A DNA stretch of 59,151 bases, filler included, from Dugesia japonica (lineage: Eukaryota), in the NCBI GenBank assembly GCA_001938525.1. It is 5 parts of 5 records of this genome, joined end to end, with 100 filler letters (N's around TTAATTAATTAA, not from the genome) between each part and the next. Parts side by side here need not be neighbours in the genome. Positions count along the whole stretch, not along the records: positions 39,583 to 59,151 come from MQRL01640086.1; 4 more parts are not named here. One strand, 5' to 3'. A model generated the notes under the pieces. It was not told the DNA's origin and made no database searches. It saw only the letters and a list, made by a program, of their open reading frames with translations. Positions 53,646-59,151 of this stretch are shown here, one piece after another (the stretch's first letter is position 1; each line of letters begins with the position of its first letter). A program made the position numbers and the translations under genes.

Positions 53646-54457
53646 TGATAACGTTACATACATTATTCCTTTCTAATAGATATTCAGCAATATTGTCTTT
53701 TAACCTTCTTTATATCACCGATTAAAATTCCTCTATTCTTTAAAAAAACTTCAATTTCTTAAAATATCTATAGGCAACTTTCTGTTACCATCAACCAATT
53801 TCTATTAATTCATTTACTNNNNNNNNNNNNNNNNNNNNNNNNNNNNNNNNNNNNNNNNNNNNNNNNNNCATACATTATTCCTTTCTAATAGATATTCAGC
53901 AATATTGCCTTTTAACCTTCTTTATATCACCGATTAAAATTCCTCTATTCTTTAATAAAACTTCAATTTCTTAAAATATCTATAGGCAACTTTCTGTTAC
54001 CATCAACCAATTTCTATTAATTCATTTACTATTAGATTTATTTATTAATAATCGATTTACAAGGTCATTATTTTATCTTCTCTACTTTTAAGTTTATCCA
54101 TTATCTGAGCAATTATTGTAGGACGAGTCTTGTATCATTTTGTACTGGTTTTCTTTTCATTTTAAAGCAAATCGTTATTCACTGACGATTTTTATAGATG
54201 ATGTGCTCAATTCAGACAAGATTTTGCTACTATTTTATAACATTGATGATTAAATAAATTTGATAATTTGAACTCATTTCTACGTAATAATTGGAAATGT
54301 ATCATTTTAATAAATCCATTCAAACAAACTCACTAAATCGAATTAATTCAAAACAAAATTTTTTAGAAAGATCTAATTATGACAATAATTCTTGTTAAAG
54401 TTTAATATTTAAAACGTCTATATTAAATTCATTTTACTAAATAAAAACAATTTTTAA

Positions 54458-54612
54458 ACAATTGTAATTATTTCGAGAATAATTGTTTGGCGTAACCATT
54501 GATCGTTTTTCGGAATTCATTTTAAATAAAAGCTTCGATCAAAATTTGTTTTTTTAATTGTTTTGAGATTAATTCTATATTTAAACTTTGTCTTCGTCAG
54601 AGTTTGACTTTT
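54458..54612 (-). repeat. Copy of the hammerhead-bearing dispersed repeat
   Basis: Minus strand CTGACGAAGACAAAGT followed by the family body. Confidence 0.75.
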
Positions 54613-55289
54613 GACACAAAATATGTACTATATTGTAAAAGCAAGTAATTATTTTAAATGTCAGCACTAAAGATTGTACAAAACATTTGTCTCTCGCAGA
54701 AGTTGGTAAAATCCGCTAATTTGCGTAAACTTTATAAATAGTTACAGGTATATGGAACTGGTAACATCTGTCTAATGCTGGAACAAATGCTCTTATCGAT
54801 ACCCCGTCGTTCAAGAAGGAAGACATTTTCAGAATGTTTGTTGCAATCAAACACCTGAACTAAAGATTGTACAGAACATTTGTCACTCACAGAAGTGTAG
54901 CAATAAAATTATAATTGAAGTTATTTAAATTATGAGAAAAGCATACATCATTAATAATATAATAATAAAACTGAAAAGTGAAAATTAAATAAATTCTGTG
55001 AATTCTACCTGATCTCAATACATTTGTCATTTAATTCATCAAATCTGAAACATATTTCATATTATTTGACCCTTGTCTCATGAAATTTGAATGACTTTTC
55101 ATTATAATACTNNNNNNNNNNNNNNNNNNNNNNNNNNNNNNNNNNNNNNNNNNNNNNNNNNNNNNNNNNNNNNNNNNNNNNNNNNNNNNNNNATATTATT
55201 TAACTATAAATCCAAATGAAAATGACTAGTAAATCATAGCAAAATTCAATTAAAACTTAAAGAATTCACCAATTATTAATTATTCATAT

Positions 55290-55780
55290 ATATTTCTTTG
55301 TCAACCACACTTACTTTTTCCTTTATTTTTCTTTTTCTCTTTAATTTCCTCCTCCTCTCAATTATCTTCATTTATAAAACAATATGATTTTGATTTCAAA
55401 GCAAAAAATTCTAACATTGTTCTACCTCCTAATTCATCTGTAAAATAACCAATTACTTTTTTTGTGCTTAGTTAAATCTTTAGGAGTTAATTGTAATTCC
55501 TTTTCAATTTATCATATCATATATCATAATTACAAAAGTCGAATAATTCTTTTAAATTCTTTTCTCTTATTTCTTTATATAAATCATCTGATTTAATATT
55601 AAATACCCAAGAAGCTATATCTGAATATATTGGTATGATATCTAATTTATGATTTAATTCTTCATAAAAGGATTTATACATATGTAACTTTGATAATTCT
55701 AATATAACAAATACAATGTAAATTAGTTTATTCATTTGTATTTGTTTCTTTGTAAAGTGGTGAGCAAATAGATAAATAAA
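55290..55780 (-). mobile_element. Second, divergent Polinton pPolB fragment
   Basis: NKLIYIVFVILELSKLHMY; IYSDIAS (decayed YxDTDS); KKVIGYFTDELGG..EFFALKSKSY. Confidence 0.82.
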
Positions 55781-57449
55781 ACTCTAAAATAAGACAATTT
55801 ATTCAGAATTTATTTTATTATTAAATCGTTAATTACAATTAAAAACCAAATGTTCATTGGTTATTTAAATTTTTCATTCAAACTTTGTAACAAACTTTTT
55901 ACTTTATTATTAAATCGTCATTTTAAAATTTAAAACCAAATACTCATTCGTTATTTAAATTCTCAATCACAATTTAAATCTTTTTAAATAAAAGATTTTT
56001 AGAAAAATGATCACCAATCAAACAAAAATTTCAACTTGCTTTTCCAAACATACTGACAATAACAATAACTCTCCATTAAAAATATCAAAATCACACACTA
56101 AACGCAAGTTAACTGAAATGGACAAAAACTAAAATCAAAGTAACCAAATTAATTTGGTTTCTGAAATACTTTTGAAACATATAGCCTACTATGTGAATAA
56201 ATTTGAATTTCTTTGGTAAAATACTCAAATTGCAAAATACAATTTTTTTAAATAACCAAAAAAAATTATATTTTATTTTTTCGTTGATAAAAAAGGAATA
56301 AGAATAGGAAAAGAATAACGAAAACTAATAAGAAATTTTTCACGTAATATTTTTTAAAAATGAACCAAAACGCCAATTCTGGTGAAATTAAGCACTGACA
56401 CATGGACTTAAATGTAGCACATGGGTTTACTGTGTCCCATTGGTTTTCTGTACCAATTGGTTTACTGGATCCACCTGTTTATTGTATTTACTGACTTTCT
56501 GTATCATTTAACCCACTGTATAAATATAATTACCAAATTCTATGCAAATTTTGAACTAAGGGAATTTTGTTTGCTTATATGTTAATATAATTTATTCATA
56601 GTGGTTATAATTTACTCATAACTTGCATTAATTTGTACATAATTTACTATATTTTACACATAGGTGTTGATAATTTTCTCATAGGGACTACAATTTGTGC
56701 ATAGGTGTCAGACGTTACACATCGATGGTCGCAGTTTGTACATAAGTACTAATAATTGGCTTGATTAGCCTTGATGAATATTCAATTGACAAATTAGTAA
56801 TAAGTCAAAAAATTTAATTTGATTTGATCAGGTACTATGTGTGGTATTCATTGACTTTACTATATTACAATGGTTCTTCTGTAACACTTGGGTTTTACTG
56901 TGACTATCGATTTCAAAGTTACACATTGGTTTTTACTCGTCTGCTCCTTAGCTTTCTCATCTGCTTTTTGTGTTTCTTCGTTTCTTTAGATTTCAAATAA
57001 TCAGTATCGTTGTTAGTAAAATTAATTTATAGTTTAAATTTAATAAACAAATGTTTGACATTTTACCTTTACAAGCAATACTTTGACCGTTCCAACCCGA
57101 GTTCAAAAGTTTTATTCATGTATTCGTTACGTCCATTCAAAAACCCTACATACAAAATCAAAAAAACACTCAAAATGTTTAAAAATTGACAATTACAATT
57201 TTGGCGAGAATAATGGTTGGACATATTTATTGATCTTTTTTTAGAATTCATTAAAATAAAATCTTCTACCAAAAAAAACTTTCTTATAATTATTCTAATT
57301 TTTGACTTTGATTTCGTCAGGATTTGATTTTCCTTTGAATAATTTTCTTTTCCATAATTAAAGTTACTATTTTATTAACTTCTTATACAAAGTTTATTCC
57401 TTATTCATACCCAGAAGTCATGAAATTACTGTAAAAAATATTGCAAATG

Positions 57450-57473
57450 AGTAGGTAGATAGTAGCGCACTAG
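57450..57473 (+). mobile_element. Putative Polinton left terminus
   Basis: AGTAGGTAGATAGTAGCGCACTAG, identical to the reverse complement of 53622-53645. Confidence 0.55.
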
Positions 57474-58769
57474 ATCACTAAGAAATATTAGTCGCTTATA
57501 AACTACTTACAAATAGTAAGTAGCTAAATTAAATTAAATAATGATTATAAAAANNNNNTATGACTCATCATTTTTTTAAACAAAGAAACGAGTCATACTG
57601 ATGAGTCATCGGTCCTGTAGAACAAAGACAATGACTTATCGGATGACTCATACATTTTTTCAAAAATATTTCTAAATCAGAACAAAGAATCAACTCTCCC
57701 CTAGATCATAACCCCCTTGCGACGAAGAAAANNNNNNNNNNNNNNNNNNNNNNNNNNNNNNNNNNNNNNNNNNNNNNNNNNNNNNNNNNNNNNNNNNNNN
57801 NNNNNNNNNNNNNNNNNNNNNNNNNNNNNNNNNNNNNNNNNNNNNNNNNNNNNNNNNNNNNNTTTTTTGGTTAGTTTTTTTTATTTGAAAATTTTTTTTT
57901 ACTCACTCAATGTGTCTTTATTTAAACTGCTCACCAAATGCATTTCTATATTCTTTTTGCATTTCAAAATAAAATCGCGTTTGATAATTTAATTATTTTG
58001 ATTAAATATGTTATAATTAAATTAAAGTTTATTGTTTCGATACATTTTATACTCTAAAAATACAAATTTGAACAAATGTATATTTTTTCTATGCATTTTT
58101 TGAAAGTTTTTGTAGACTTCTTTGTAATTTATTAAAAATTGTAATGACATCTATTTAATTTTGGCAATATTTTAACTTTCATCTAATTATTACAATTGAA
58201 ATATCTATGTAAGATAACACAAAAGAAAATTATGAAAAATTTATTTAAATCACATACATGTTATTTTTTTATAATTCAATCAATATGTCTTCATCAATCG
58301 TTTATTTCCTCATTGGACTGTAAATCAGTCATTTCCTCACGAATCATATTCTTATTTGTATTTGTGTTAGGTTTAACTTCATCAGAAATATAAACATTTG
58401 GAACCATATCAATTATTTCATCATCATCAACAATGACCTAATTTGGCTGTGCATCAATCAGTTTCTCGGTAATAATATCATCATTTAGTTGAGTATGGTT
58501 AATCTTTCTTTTTAATGTTGCATCTATTTCATCAATTTCAAATGGTGTTCATCTATCTCTACATCATTTTCTAGAAAATCATCTACTATTAAATAATTAT
58601 TTAGATTAATATTAGTTATTATTATTATTACCTTGAACCGATGAANTTATATGTTCAATAATATTATACAAATGCATTACTAATCAGTTGTTTATATCAA
58701 TCCTTTGTTTATTTGACATTGTCGTTGCATAACATGGATTAATATGTATACAACTTTAATATTTCCCCG

Positions 58770-59151
58770 GGAGCTTTTAATATTATGTGTATTATATAAC
58801 TGTTTTTTTGGTTTATTGAGAGCATTTAATTGTATATAATAGGTTTATTCTATATACTTAATGACTCTATATGGTTTATTGTATGTATTTAATTGTATAT
58901 ATAGTGTTTATTATATGTGTTAACTAGTTCAAATGAGTTATTTGTGTGTATATGATGTCATTATTAGGTTTATTGTAAGTATTTAGCGACTTTATATGAT
59001 TTTTTTATATGGTTTAATTAGGTTTCTTATGTATTTTATATGGCTCTGTTGGGTTTATAGTACGTTTTAAAAAACATTATATGATTTAATATGTAAGACC
59101 AATTGGATTTCTATGCATAAGATAATATTAGGTTATTTATGTATTTAAGTG
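58770..59151. repeat. Degenerate ~35-bp tandem repeats (GGTTTATT..GTATTTAA..TATAT)
   Basis: Recurrent GGTTTATTG/TATTTAA motifs. Confidence 0.5.

Noticed and set aside
53659-54028. ~160-bp direct duplication across an N gap
   Set aside because: Near-identical copies flanking a gap; most likely uncollapsed haplotypes or contig overlap.
54666-54897. 38-bp direct repeat pair ACTAAAGATTGTACA.AACATTTGTC.CTC.CAGAAGT
   Set aside because: Only two copies, with no array or other supporting structure.
57583-57615. GAAAC...CTGATGAG as a hammerhead
   Set aside because: No room for stems I and III; explained by the TGAGTCA motif cluster.
58190-58560. Acidic minus-strand coding-like stretch
   Set aside because: Multiple stops and no recognisable motif; cannot support a call.

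Overview
Very AT-rich animal genomic DNA with ~46-56 bp introns, (AAT)n microsatellites and many N gaps. It resembles a freshwater-planarian-type draft assembly, but that taxon is only an inference. The window is not one locus: four artificial N44-TTAATTAATTAA-N44 spacers join five unrelated scaffolds (1-10535, 10636-19160, 19261-29965, 30066-39482, 39583-59151). Host genes are a 5-exon cathepsin L (+), the 3' part of Elongator ELP3 (-), the 5' part of a class I PI3K p110 (+) and the 3' part of an ankyrin (UPA end, death domain, acidic tail; +). The rest is decayed mobile DNA: several Gypsy LTR elements (one full-length), pogo/Tigger, Tc1, mariner and hAT remnants, a Penelope GIY-YIG fragment, and Polinton/Maverick remains (major capsid protein, packaging ATPase, two pPolB pieces, AGTAG-type termini). 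Three observations stand out. (1) An unrecognised multi-segment, coiled-coil-rich coding cassette occurs in diverged copies on two scaffolds, shares an in-frame TAG after TEPW, and abuts a Polinton capsid fragment. (2) A dispersed ~200-bp repeat family begins with a minimal hammerhead ribozyme motif, including a back-to-back inverted pair. (3) A Polinton MCP fragment is missed by the ORF track. All protein family calls come from motif recognition by eye, not from database searches.
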